From: a virus
Lineage: Duplodnaviria > Caudoviricetes
Direction: 5' to 3' (one strand)
IMG/VR virus record: IMGVR_UViG_3300021961_000104
Location: 1 to 59,340 of that record
Length of the DNA: 59,340 nucleotides
The position numbers were made by a program, and so were the translations under genes. A model generated the notes under the pieces. That model did no database searches. It saw only the letters and a program-made list of their open reading frames with translations, and was not told the DNA's origin. Below are positions 16,775 to 27,200 of the stretch, in pieces (within the stretch, counting starts at the first letter, position 1; every line of letters starts with the position of its first letter).

Positions 16775-17742
16775 TGGGATTATTTGATAAAAGAATACCT
16801 TATAAACCTTTTGAATATCCAGAATATTATACAGAAGGTTGGTTAAAACAAGCTCAAGCATTTTGGTTACATACTGAAATATCAATGCAAGGAGATATTA
16901 AAGATTGGAAAGAAAAATTAAATGATAAAGAAAAAAATCTTGTAGGTAATATTCTATTAGGTTTTGCACAGACTGAATGCGCAGTTTCAGATTATTGGAC
17001 ACAAAAAGTAGTTAGTTGGTTTCCTAAACACGAAATACAACAAATGGCAATGATGTTTGGTTCTCAAGAAACAGTACACGCTGTAGCTTATAGCTATTTA
17101 AACGAAACATTAGGTCTTGAAAATTATGAAGCGTTTTTACACGAACCAGCAACAGCACAAAGATTTGACAATCTAGTTGCTTATGAAGGTACAGATCAAG
17201 TTGGTATCGCTAAATCGTTAGCTGTATTTTCTGCGTTTGCAGAAGGCGTTAGTTTATACTCTGCATTTGCTGTTTTGTATTCTTTTCAATTACGTAATCT
17301 TTTAAAAGGTATAGGGCAACAAATGAAATGGTCGGTAAGAGATGAATCATTACACAGCAAAATGGGTTGTCAGTTGTTTAGACAAATGTGTAACGAAAAT
17401 AATCAATTATTGCATCTGTGCCGAGAGGATATTATAAAAGCTGCTGAAACAATGGTAAGTTTAGAAGTAAAATATATTGACAAGATGTTTGAAATGGGAG
17501 ACGTTGAAGGAATATCATCTAATGATTTAAAACATTTTATAAAGAAAAGAGCAAATGAAAAACTTGTTGAACTGGGTTACATCGACCTTGGCGGATATTT
17601 CGCGTATGACAAAAAAGCATCCGATAATCTTGATTGGTTTTATCATCTTACCGGTGGTGTTACTCATACCGATTTTTTTGCTATACGACCGACTGATTAT
17701 TCGAAAGCGGGAGAAGGCGAAGACTTTGAAGATATTTGGTAA
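16774..17742 (+). CDS. nrdB: Ribonucleotide reductase class I beta subunit
   Basis: KPFEYP, FW..TE, ExxH...Y, EG..LYSAF, RDESLH. Confidence 0.95.
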   Translation: MGLFDKRIPYKPFEYPEYYTEGWLKQAQAFWLHTEISMQGDIKDWKEKLNDKEKNLVGNILLGFAQTECAVSDYWTQKVVSWFPKHEIQQMAMMFGSQETVHAVAYSYLNETLGLENYEAFLHEPATAQRFDNLVAYEGTDQVGIAKSLAVFSAFAEGVSLYSAFAVLYSFQLRNLLKGIGQQMKWSVRDESLHSKMGCQLFRQMCNENNQLLHLCREDIIKAAETMVSLEVKYIDKMFEMGDVEGISSNDLKHFIKKRANEKLVELGYIDLGGYFAYDKKASDNLDWFYHLTGGVTHTDFFAIRPTDYSKAGEGEDFEDIW

Positions 17743-17777
17743 CATTATAACAGAGGAAGAAATAAAAGATACATTAT

Positions 17778-17978
17778 ATGAAAGAACAGAAATTGATAGA
17801 AATGAGCAACAAAGTAGAAACACTAGGTCAACTAGTGACAATGCTTTTAAACGAGGTAAACAATCTCAAGATTTTGTCTTTTGGGAACAATAACACTATG
17901 AAGTTAATGCCAGGTTATGAAGAAGCTATAGAACAATTAAAAGAAAAATCAAAAGCAGAGACAGAAAATGTGGAATAA
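17778..17978 (+). CDS. Hypothetical protein
   Basis: ORF between nrdB and nrdA. Confidence 0.65.
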   Translation: MKEQKLIEMSNKVETLGQLVTMLLNEVNNLKILSFGNNNTMKLMPGYEEAIEQLKEKSKAETENVE

Positions 17979-19689
17979 CGAATGGAAGAAAGGCGAAGAT
18001 TATCCTGTTTGGGGAGATACTGAAGTTTATAAAAAAACAATATCAGGAGGTTATTTATTTCACGACGAATCTCCGAGAGAAGCTTATGAAAGAGTAGCTA
18101 AAACAGTAGCAAGAAGATTATACAAACCAGAGTTAGCGACTAAGTTCTTTGATTACATTTGGAACGGATGGTTATGTTTAGCATCACCAGTTCTTAGTAA
18201 TACTGGTACAGATCGCGGTTTACCTATTAGTTGTTTTGGTATTGATGTTGCTGATAGTATACAAGATATTGGACAGAAAAATTTAGAGATGATGCTACTC
18301 GCTAAGCACGGCGGTGGAGTTGGTATCGGTGTTAATCAAATAAGACCCGCTGGCGCTAAAATTACAGGTAATGGAACATCAGATGGAGTCGTACCATTCT
18401 GCAAAATATATGACTCAACAATCCTTGCAACCAATCAAGGATCTGTTAGACGAGGAGCTGCAAGCGTTAATATCAACATTGAGCATGATGATTTTGAAGA
18501 GTGGCTTGAAATACGAGAACCGAAAGGAGATGTTAACAGACAATCGCTTAATCTACATCAATGCGCAGTTATTGGTGATAAGTTTATGCGAAAACTTGAA
18601 CAAGGAGATGCGGATGCTAGAAATAGATGGAGTAAACTTCTTAGAAAACGAAAATCAACTGGCGAACCGTACATATTGTTTAAAGGAAATGTTAACAAAG
18701 CAAATCCGGAAGCATACAAAAGCAATGGATTAAAAGTACATATGACAAATATATGCAGTGAAATTGCATTGCATACAGATGAGAATCATAGTTTTGTTTG
18801 TTGTTTGTCGTCATTAAATTTAGCTAAATATGAAGAGTGGAAAGACACTAACCTTATATATGACTCCATTTGGTTTCTTGATGGGATTATGGAGGAATTT
18901 ATTCAAAGAGCGAAAGGACTTAGAGGTTTTGAAAATGCCATTCGTTCTGCTGTTAAAGGACGAGCGCTTGGGTTGGGTGTTCTTGGATGGCACACCTATC
19001 TCCAAGAACTTGGTATTCCGTTTGAAGGTTTACTTGCTCAGTTTGAAACTAGGAAAATATTTTCGCAAATTAAAATCGAAAGTGAAAGAGCTTCCAGATC
19101 TCTTGCTGAAATTTATGGTGAACCTTTGTGGTGCGTTGGCACTGGTATGCGTAATACTCATTTGCGTGCTATTGCTCCCACTGTTAGTAATTCAAAGCTT
19201 AGTGGCAATATATCCCCGGGAATAGAACCTTGGGCAGCAAATGTATTCACCGAACAATCTGCTAAAGGAACTTTTATTAGGAAAAACCCGACATTATTAA
19301 AGCTTTTAAGAAAGCATAAATTAAATACAAATGAAATTTGGGACAAAATTCTTGCAGATGGTGGTAGCGTTCAAGATATATCTGAACTTGATGAAATTAC
19401 TGTTGGCACCCACGAAATCCCTGCGAAAGAAGTATTTAAGACGTTTAAGGAGGTTAACCAATTAGAGTTAGTAAAACAAGCTGGAATAAGACAGCAGTAT
19501 ATAGATCAATCAGTTAGTTTAAATTTAGCTTTTCCAAGTGAAGCTACTCCAAAGTGGATTAATCAAGTCCACATGGAAGCGTGGAAAAACGGAGTTAAAA
19601 CATTATATTATACAAGAACTGAGTCTGTATTAAGAGGAGATATTGCTGCTGCAGCAATGGATCCTGATTGTTTAAGTTGTGATGGATAA
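17968..19689 (+). CDS. nrdA: Ribonucleotide reductase class I alpha subunit (short, no ATP cone)
   Basis: ISCF, GGGVG, RRGA, TNICSEI, APT, KTLYY, C-terminal CLSC. Confidence 0.95.
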   Translation: MWNNEWKKGEDYPVWGDTEVYKKTISGGYLFHDESPREAYERVAKTVARRLYKPELATKFFDYIWNGWLCLASPVLSNTGTDRGLPISCFGIDVADSIQDIGQKNLEMMLLAKHGGGVGIGVNQIRPAGAKITGNGTSDGVVPFCKIYDSTILATNQGSVRRGAASVNINIEHDDFEEWLEIREPKGDVNRQSLNLHQCAVIGDKFMRKLEQGDADARNRWSKLLRKRKSTGEPYILFKGNVNKANPEAYKSNGLKVHMTNICSEIALHTDENHSFVCCLSSLNLAKYEEWKDTNLIYDSIWFLDGIMEEFIQRAKGLRGFENAIRSAVKGRALGLGVLGWHTYLQELGIPFEGLLAQFETRKIFSQIKIESERASRSLAEIYGEPLWCVGTGMRNTHLRAIAPTVSNSKLSGNISPGIEPWAANVFTEQSAKGTFIRKNPTLLKLLRKHKLNTNEIWDKILADGGSVQDISELDEITVGTHEIPAKEVFKTFKEVNQLELVKQAGIRQQYIDQSVSLNLAFPSEATPKWINQVHMEAWKNGVKTLYYTRTESVLRGDIAAAAMDPDCLSCDG

Positions 19690-19690
19690 T

Positions 19691-19724
19691 AAAAAAGGGG
19701 TCTCGTTTGAGGCCCCTTTTTTTT
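19691..19724. terminator. Bidirectional rho-independent terminator between converging arms
   Basis: AAAAAAGGGGTCTC-GTTT-GAGGCCCCTTTTTTTT. Confidence 0.9.
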
Positions 19725-19730
19725 GGTTAC

Positions 19731-19777
19731 AGGAACTTTAGGTATGGTACGCCTATTTGTTTTGTTCCTTTTTTTTT
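19731..19777 (+). terminator. Second tandem terminator-like hairpin
   Basis: AGGAAC..TAGG..CCTA..GTTCCT followed by T run. Confidence 0.5.
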
Positions 19778-19819
19778 AATAATTATAAATTGTACAAGTA
19801 CTAATTTTATGATAAGGTT

Positions 19820-20230
19820 TTAGACCTCAGAATCAACGTATCGACCTTGACCACCTCCTTTAGCAATAAATTTTTTGCTTACGACAACATCGGGTTTATC
19901 AGAAAATATATTACTATATCCTTCATATTTAGTTTTTAATTTCCTGCGTCTTCCAGTATCATCAACGTATTTCTCTTTAACAATCGTTTTATTACCTCGA
20001 TTAACTTCAACTCTTTTATAACCAGCGTCTTCAACTTCATTCACAGGGTCATAACCTTTTTCTACATTTCTATGACGTAACTTAAATTTGTTAGGTGATT
20101 CATCGCGCACGCAGTTATTAACCATTTTAGTTCTACCACTTGCTGTTTTCTTACCGCTTGGTGATTCTTTTTTTCCTTTAGCAACATAACCTTTCCAGCA
20201 CGTCATCTTTTTATACAATGGTGATTCCAT
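19820..20230 (-). CDS. Basic hypothetical protein (CWKGY...NNCV motif)
   Basis: ORF track. Confidence 0.7.
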   Translation of the reverse strand: MESPLYKKMTCWKGYVAKGKKESPSGKKTASGRTKMVNNCVRDESPNKFKLRHRNVEKGYDPVNEVEDAGYKRVEVNRGNKTIVKEKYVDDTGRRRKLKTKYEGYSNIFSDKPDVVVSKKFIAKGGGQGRYVDSEV

Positions 20231-20231
20231 A

Positions 20232-20651
20232 TTAACAATTTATTAAGTATTCATATTCTTTTTGTACATCAAAACTAGGACATGCTTTAGCGGCGAATTC
20301 GTTGTGACCATGCAACGTAGCGCCTTTATAAGTGCCAAGCAGCTCGTTAAGCAAACAATCTAATGCTTCTTTTTGTTTGTCTGTTCTAGTATCTTTTGGT
20401 TTAAAATTCAAAGCATCTATACCGCCAACATATACAACACCTATTGAATTTTTATTCAACCCTTTTGTATGAGCTCCCGCAACTTCTATTGGTCTACCTG
20501 TATGAATAGAACCATCTAAATAAACTACATAATGATAACCTATATCAGACCATCCTTGAGCTTTATGCCACAGCCTAATATCCTCGACAGTAGTATGTCT
20601 ACCTTCAGGCGTAGCAGTACAATGTAATATTATTTTATTTATTGTTCTCAT
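20232..20651 (-). CDS. Endolysin, N-acetylmuramoyl-L-alanine amidase (T7 lysozyme-like)
   Basis: ILHCTAT, GWSDIGYHY, GAH, HGH..F..KACPSF. Confidence 0.95.
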   Translation of the reverse strand: MRTINKIILHCTATPEGRHTTVEDIRLWHKAQGWSDIGYHYVVYLDGSIHTGRPIEVAGAHTKGLNKNSIGVVYVGGIDALNFKPKDTRTDKQKEALDCLLNELLGTYKGATLHGHNEFAAKACPSFDVQKEYEYLINC

Positions 20652-20811
20652 TTTTATTTTTATTATCTTTAATTTCCTTTATTTTAGCCAACGTATAGAT
20701 TATAGAGACTAATAATAAAATTATCTTCAACGCCATTTCGACTTGAGTAAATGATACAACTAATGAAAAGCCATTTAAAACATATAATCTTATATCGTTA
20801 GCAAAGTTCAT
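20635..20811 (-). CDS. Small membrane protein, putative holin (58 aa)
   Basis: Manually read: MNFANDIRLYVLNGFSLVVSFTQVEMALKIILLLVSIIYTLAKIKEIK..., hydrophobic segments plus charged tail, directly upstream of endolysin. Confidence 0.65.
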   Translation of the reverse strand: MNFANDIRLYVLNGFSLVVSFTQVEMALKIILLLVSIIYTLAKIKEIKDNKNKNENNK

Positions 20812-20936
20812 TTAAAATTATTTAAAAGTTAATTTCATCAAAAATTGGTTCCATTTAGATTTCAATAGTTGATTAAATTTAATTATATTGTTCCCTAGTT
20901 TTACAAAAAATTTTCCCATTGTGTTTTATTTATTAG

Positions 20937-21227
20937 TTACCATTTTACTTTATCTGCCCAATACGCGGCAGACATTTTTCCTTTAGCTATATTTTTAGCG
21001 TGTCTTGCTTTAAATGATTTGCGTTTAGCTTTCATTCTATCAGATTCACCTTTTTTTGGAGCACCAGCTGTGCTAGCTCCTTGTTCACCAAATCTTATAA
21101 TCTTTTCAACTCCACCTTCACAAGCTTTAACTACATGTGACTTTGTTGGATGACTAGGAGTTCTCTGAGGTTTGTTGCATGCCATTTCTTTTTTAGCAGC
21201 CATTTGAAAAGGTGTGATCTTAAACAT
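20937..21227 (-). CDS. Basic hypothetical phage protein
   Basis: PTKSHVV...IRFGEQG...SFKARH...SAAYWA. Confidence 0.8.
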   Translation of the reverse strand: MFKITPFQMAAKKEMACNKPQRTPSHPTKSHVVKACEGGVEKIIRFGEQGASTAGAPKKGESDRMKAKRKSFKARHAKNIAKGKMSAAYWADKVKW

Positions 21228-21229
21228 AA

Positions 21230-24200
21230 TTATTGTTTTTTACTCATTAATTCTAATATCTTATTAACTCTATCTTCTTCATATTTTAAAGCTCTAATTT
21301 CTTTTTTACTTAAACCAAAGTTAGTTAATGTTTTTACTTGATCTGGTTTGTTCTCGGCTTTAATTGAATCAAATTGTTTTTGTAATCTTTGTTCAGCTGT
21401 TAGTTTCTTAGGTTTAACCTCTTCTTTTGGTTTAACTTCTTTTTTAGTAGATTCTACTTCTTCTTTAGTTTCAATTTTTTCTATAGGTTTATTTTTTAAC
21501 TCTATAATTTTATTGACTCTATTTTCTTCGTATTTTAATTCTTTAATTTCAGCTTTAGTTAAACCTAATTCTTCCAACATTTGCTTTTGTTCAGCAGTGT
21601 TAGTTTGGTCCATCATTAATTTAACAGCTTCAGCAGCTTCTTCTTCTGGTGTTAAAGGCTCAACAGCATCAAAACCACCGTAATAAGGTAAACCAACGTC
21701 GTAAGTTGACCAACCTAAAATTAAAGCTATTTTTTGCCATCTTACAGAAAGTTCGCTAAATATACCTCTCATGTTGTTTGTTTTCTTAACAACTCTGTCT
21801 ACTGGCACGTTAGTTAAACCTGTAAATACTTGAGCTACTGCTAAGTAAGCTGGATTATCTAAACTCCAACCTTTTTCTTTCATTTCTTTTTTATTCCAAC
21901 TAAAAGATCTTAAACCTCCATATATTTTACCTACTTTAGATCCTAATGGCGGAGAAAAAGCAAACAAATCCTCAACAGCTTCTTCGTATTCAGGTCTTTT
22001 TTTATCATTTTCTTCCATTAAAGTTAACAAAAAGTTTTTTAAGGAAGATACAGCAGCCCCAGTTATACCAAGTCCTCTAAGTTGAGAATCAAGCATACCA
22101 TTTGCAACTTTAACAGCTTTTTCTTTACGAGTATTTTTTAGCTCTTCTTTGCTATCATCATCGTCATCATCTCCAAAACCAATAGCATCTATAGCTGATT
22201 GAAGTGTATTGAATAATAAGTTTTGAACAATACCATAGTATATTATTTTAGAAACATTAGCTTTAGCATTGCCTCTACCGTTAACAAGATCTTGTATAGC
22301 TCTTTTTTGAATACGAGCATACTGCATTGGTGTATTTGCCCATGCTAATATAACTCTACCAGCTGTTGACGCTTGTTGTTTACTAATTCTAACCGGATTG
22401 CTAGACTGTTGACTTTCTTCTGCTATTGCTCTAAAATCTTCAAAAGCACGTTGTTCAGCTAGTTTAGGATCCATACCTGATTTAACTAAACTTTTTATTC
22501 TATTTCTATAAAATGTAGAACCTCCACTAGCTATAGCAAAACTATCTGCAATTTGAGTCATAACAAATCCTTTGTTAAGGATATAAGAAATAATAGCAGT
22601 CGCTTTATTTTTAGAGTTAGCAGCAGCATCAGCAATTTCAGATTCACTTATGTTTATCTTTAAACCATTTCTACGTTCAACAAGATAATCAGAATTCATT
22701 AATGTAATAAAATCTTTCCAAAATTGTTTTTGATTAGCAAATGCTAAACCTGCTTTAAATATATTATTATCACTCCAGTTTATAAAGTTTACAGATGATA
22801 TAGTTTGTAACAAGGCACTTCTAGTATTCAAAAACATAACAGCACCAACGGAATTGTTAAGCCAATCTAATATACCTTGTGTAGTACTATCACCTCCTTT
22901 GGGTCTATTACTACCAGACTTCATTCTACGGATAGAATCCTCTATAGCTGCTCGCCAATTAGTACCATAAGCAGCTTCCATTTTATTTAAATTTTCTTCT
23001 GAAAATATAATATCAACATTTTCTCTAAACTCTTGTTGGTACTCGGCTCTTTTAACTGTATTTATATCATTAATAATATCAGAACTTATAGTACCGGCTA
23101 ACCAACTATCAGATGGTGAAGGATATGGTTTGTCTTTTTGTATAGTAAAAAGTTGCTCTGCAAATACTTTTAATTTAGGATCACTTTCAACAAATGAAGT
23201 TAAATCTTGAATATCTTTTTTACTTAAACCAGGAATTTCGACACCTTGACTTTGCCATATAAACACTCTTATAGCATGAGAATAATTAAACTTACCTATA
23301 CCAGTTTGTTTGTTAAGTGTTTTTGGTAATGTTTTAAGCTGTGTTTTTAAAGCAATAAAATCGTTCATTGCAGCTATCTTAGCTTGAGTTACAGATATTT
23401 CAGATCTATTGTATGTATCTAAAAGATTTTGTTTTAGGAACGCCATTTGTGCATCACCTTTTTTACCTTTACCTATCATTTCATACAATAAACCAGTAAA
23501 ATCTTCTGCGCCAGCGGGTATAAAGAAATTGTATTTACCTTTTCCAGCGCCAACAGTTCTAGCTTTAGCTGCTGAGTATTTTTTATAAGTTTCAATACCA
23601 GCTGTATCAAAAATCATATCATTAATAACTCTATCAAAATCTTGTCTTTTACTAGCTTTAGCTTGTTGAACTTTAGACTTAACGTCAATTTGACTCAATA
23701 CTTCTTCAACAGCTTTTACATTTCCAGTAACATCATCAGCAAAGTAAAAATCATTATAACCTTCAGAAGCTTTGTCCATAATCCATCTAGCCTTAGCTTC
23801 AGCAGCGCCATCACCAAGTCCAGTTATATTTTTAATAGGTATATTTAAACCTAAACTTTTAAGGAATTGTTGAATTGGTTTAGCGGCGTCAGCTGGTCTT
23901 GCTGTTAAAACAAAAATATCTTTAGTACCTCTTTTGTCAGCTATAATTTTAGCGACTTTAAACAATGGTCCTTCTTTGCCATCTATAACTTTGCTAAATT
24001 CAGAAAAATTCCATTCAGCTCCTTGTGCTTCTAAATCAGTGGCTTGTTCAGCGAAAGTTCCAGCCTCTAGTTTACCTTGAATATTGCTATTAATACCAGC
24101 ATAAACTTTATCTAAAAAATCTTGTGGTAAATCCTCTCCAAAGCCTATTTCTTCTGTATTTATTTCATACAACTTATCGCCAAAATCTTTTCTATAAAGC

Positions 24201-27200
24201 TCGGTACTTTCTTGCACTTGGTTCCAACTTCTTTCGACTATAAAATCTGGTAAAGATCTTTCTACTCTAGCTTTGTTTCTAGCCAATGCCGTTTCTAAAG
24301 ACGTATTAGCAACTACCATATGGACTTCATAACCTGCATCCTGCAACTGCTTAACTTTTTTCATTGTAGCAGGGTAAGAAGCTCCAGTGCCGTCAATCAC
24401 CATACCATCGCCATTAGCAGCGTATTTATCAAATTTAGCAACAGCAGCTTTTCTAGCAGCGGCACCCAATTTAGCTCTAGTAGATATTTGCTCTGTAGTA
24501 TATTCAGCTTCTTTAGCTGGCAGTCCAGCTTCAGCTTTCATAACTTCTAAAGCTATATCTTGATTAACAACTTTATAACCTTGTCTACCTAACTTAAGCC
24601 CTTTTCCAATGTTTGTTTTTCCAGCACCAGGTCCACCAACCATAAATATAGCTTTCTGTCTAACTGATTCAGGAGAAAAACCACCTTCAAAATTAGGCAT
24701 AGTATATATAACTCTACTATTAGTACGAGCTAATGTATCGTCAAAATCAAATACTCTAATTTTCTTAACTGGCGCGTTTAATTTTCTAGCATTATTTAAA
24801 GCTTTATCAGCTTTGCTTAAAGCATCGATACTAGTTTTAACTGTTACAGCTTTATCGTACTTTATAGAGTCAGGGATTAAATCACTATTACGTTTAGAAG
24901 CCATTGCTTTACCTTTAACTAAAGGTAGATAAGCTTTAATTGTTTGACTAGGATTATAATTTAGATCACTAATAGCCTTAATTATTTGTTCGTTTTGATA
25001 AGAAATAGCCTCTAACTTTTGACTTTCGTTATAAGAATTATAAACATCTAGTGGAATACCAGCGTTTACAGTTTCAGCCATAGTTTTGCCAGTGTAAGGA
25101 TTTGTAATAGTATTTAAATCTATACCAGCAGCAGCAAGTCTAACTATTGGATTGTCAAATATAGTGAAACCTTCTGGAAGAGTAGAATCTAACTTAGCCA
25201 TATCTAATAAAAAGTCATCCTTTTTAGATAATTGAGTTTGATAATAGTTATCTCTAATAGCTTGCATTATTGGTTGGGCTTTGTTATTTTTTATTGCCCA
25301 CATAATATAAGCTCCAACTACAGAAGCTGGTGGATTATGTTCTTCTCTATATTTTTCTCCTTTTCTTTGCTCTGGTTTACTACCTTTTCCAGCATATTCC
25401 ATTGTGTTGGATCTGTATAAAAAAGGAGCGGCTATTTTTATTAAACCAGAAGTGGCTTGATAGCTTTGTACAATTATAGTTCCAGCTACATCTAAAGACA
25501 TTCCATTAGCAACAGCGTCAGCAAGTTGATTAACAACATGATCTAACACATCCATGTTTACTTTAGACTGAACCTTTGCTTTATCTGTAAAAGCATTTTT
25601 GATATTTATTTTTATAGGTTTTTTACCTTTATATTCTTTAGTTGATTCTATTAATTTTATATAAACAGGATCTTTTTCACCATAATATAATCTTCCTGGT
25701 TTTGCAACCCAATTAGTTATTTCGCTACCAAGGCTACCTTCAGCAGATTTCTCTAAAAAATATCTACCATCTGTAGTTTTAACATATTTTTCAACACCAA
25801 TAGTGCCTTTTTTTCCTTTTACAAATTTACCATCAACTATTTTACCGTAAAAACTTTGTCTTCCACCACTACCCATCATTCCAGCTCTCAATGTAGCTGT
25901 ATCAAGTCCATATTTTTCGACAGCTTCTTGTATTTGATCTTGAATAGTTTTTCTATTTTGTTCATTTATAGAAGGTGAATTATAACGCAACGACTTAGCT
26001 AAATCGGTTTTAGATCTTAGTATGCTTAAACCTTTTAGTTCTTCTAAATTTTCAGGCGTTATTCTTTTACTAGCCATTGATTTAGATTTTCCAGCAGCTA
26101 TATCTTGTTTAACCTCTAAATTTAAATCAGTTTCAGATCTTACTATTTCATTAGTTACTAATCTACCATATAGATTTGCAATACCTTTTAACGCTTGAGC
26201 CTCAGATGATCTAGCGCTAAAGTCTTCAGCTTTTTTACCTTCAACTATACCAAACGTTTTTAGAAAATCAGCTTTTGTAATTCCTTTATTTAAAGCAAAC
26301 GGAGATAAACCAGCTCCTTTAGTAATTCTAGGTTTTTTAGTATAAAAAGCATTTAACAAACCCTTTGGCACTCCAGTAGAGGTACCTAAGAGCTTATCTG
26401 TTGCAGCTTCTATCACTGCGCCTTCAGGTAATATCTTTAATAATTTATCTGCGTTCTTATTGACAAATCTTTGTATAGCATTAGCATCACCTTTAGATAG
26501 GTTAGCAGTTGGATCTGTTAGTTTTTTAACTGGTATTCCAATTTCTTGAGCTATAATTTCAGGAGCTAGATCGCCTAACTTCTTAAACGTCATTTGTTCA
26601 GGATCTATACCTTTTATTTTAGAAGCAATATTTTCTTTTATTTTAGCAACAGCATCGTTAGATATTAAAGAGCTAGGTTTTATTAAAGTTGTAACTGGTT
26701 TTGTAGATACTTCAACATCTTGCTCTGTAGCTGTTTGGCGTTGCATTTTTTCAGTAACACCTTCTTGTGACTCAGATTGAATGATCTCATTATATCTAGG
26801 GTCAGCTTCATAAAACTCTTGCAACCTAGCGTCAAATAAGCTTCTGCCAGAAGCAGACTTTGAGTTTAAGTAACCCATGACACTATCGTTTCGATCTGGT
26901 GTCCATTTATCTATTAAGCTAACTAATCCTCTTTTTTCATCTAAAGCAAAAGTTCTAGCTATATCATCAATAACGTCTTCGCTTAGGTTTATATTACGCA
27001 TACGTCTTTTAGCCTCATCAACTAAAGAATACGCAGCCATAATAGTAGCATCTTTCTTTTTATTAGAATCAAGAAGATCTGGCTTCATGGCCTCAACTTC
27101 TTGATATACTCTTTTACTCTCTTTAGCAGCAGTATCAGTGACCTCGTCTTGCATCAAACTCTCAAAACTTTTAATAGCTTTAGCGCCTTTGGTTCTTTGA

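Noticed and set aside
2222-19346. Alternative-frame and antisense ORFs in the left arm (e.g. 2222, 2565, 2599, 2850, 5037, 6673, 9671, 10832, 12064, 12877, 12884, 16107, 17527, 17555, 18371, 18820, 18830, 19158)
   Set aside because: Shadows of well-supported genes with no recognisable motifs.
24731-24748. DFDD as the catalytic motif of a crAss-like virion RNA polymerase
   Set aside because: It is DxDxT with downstream HAD motifs II-IV, not DxDxD; no RNAP motifs recognised.
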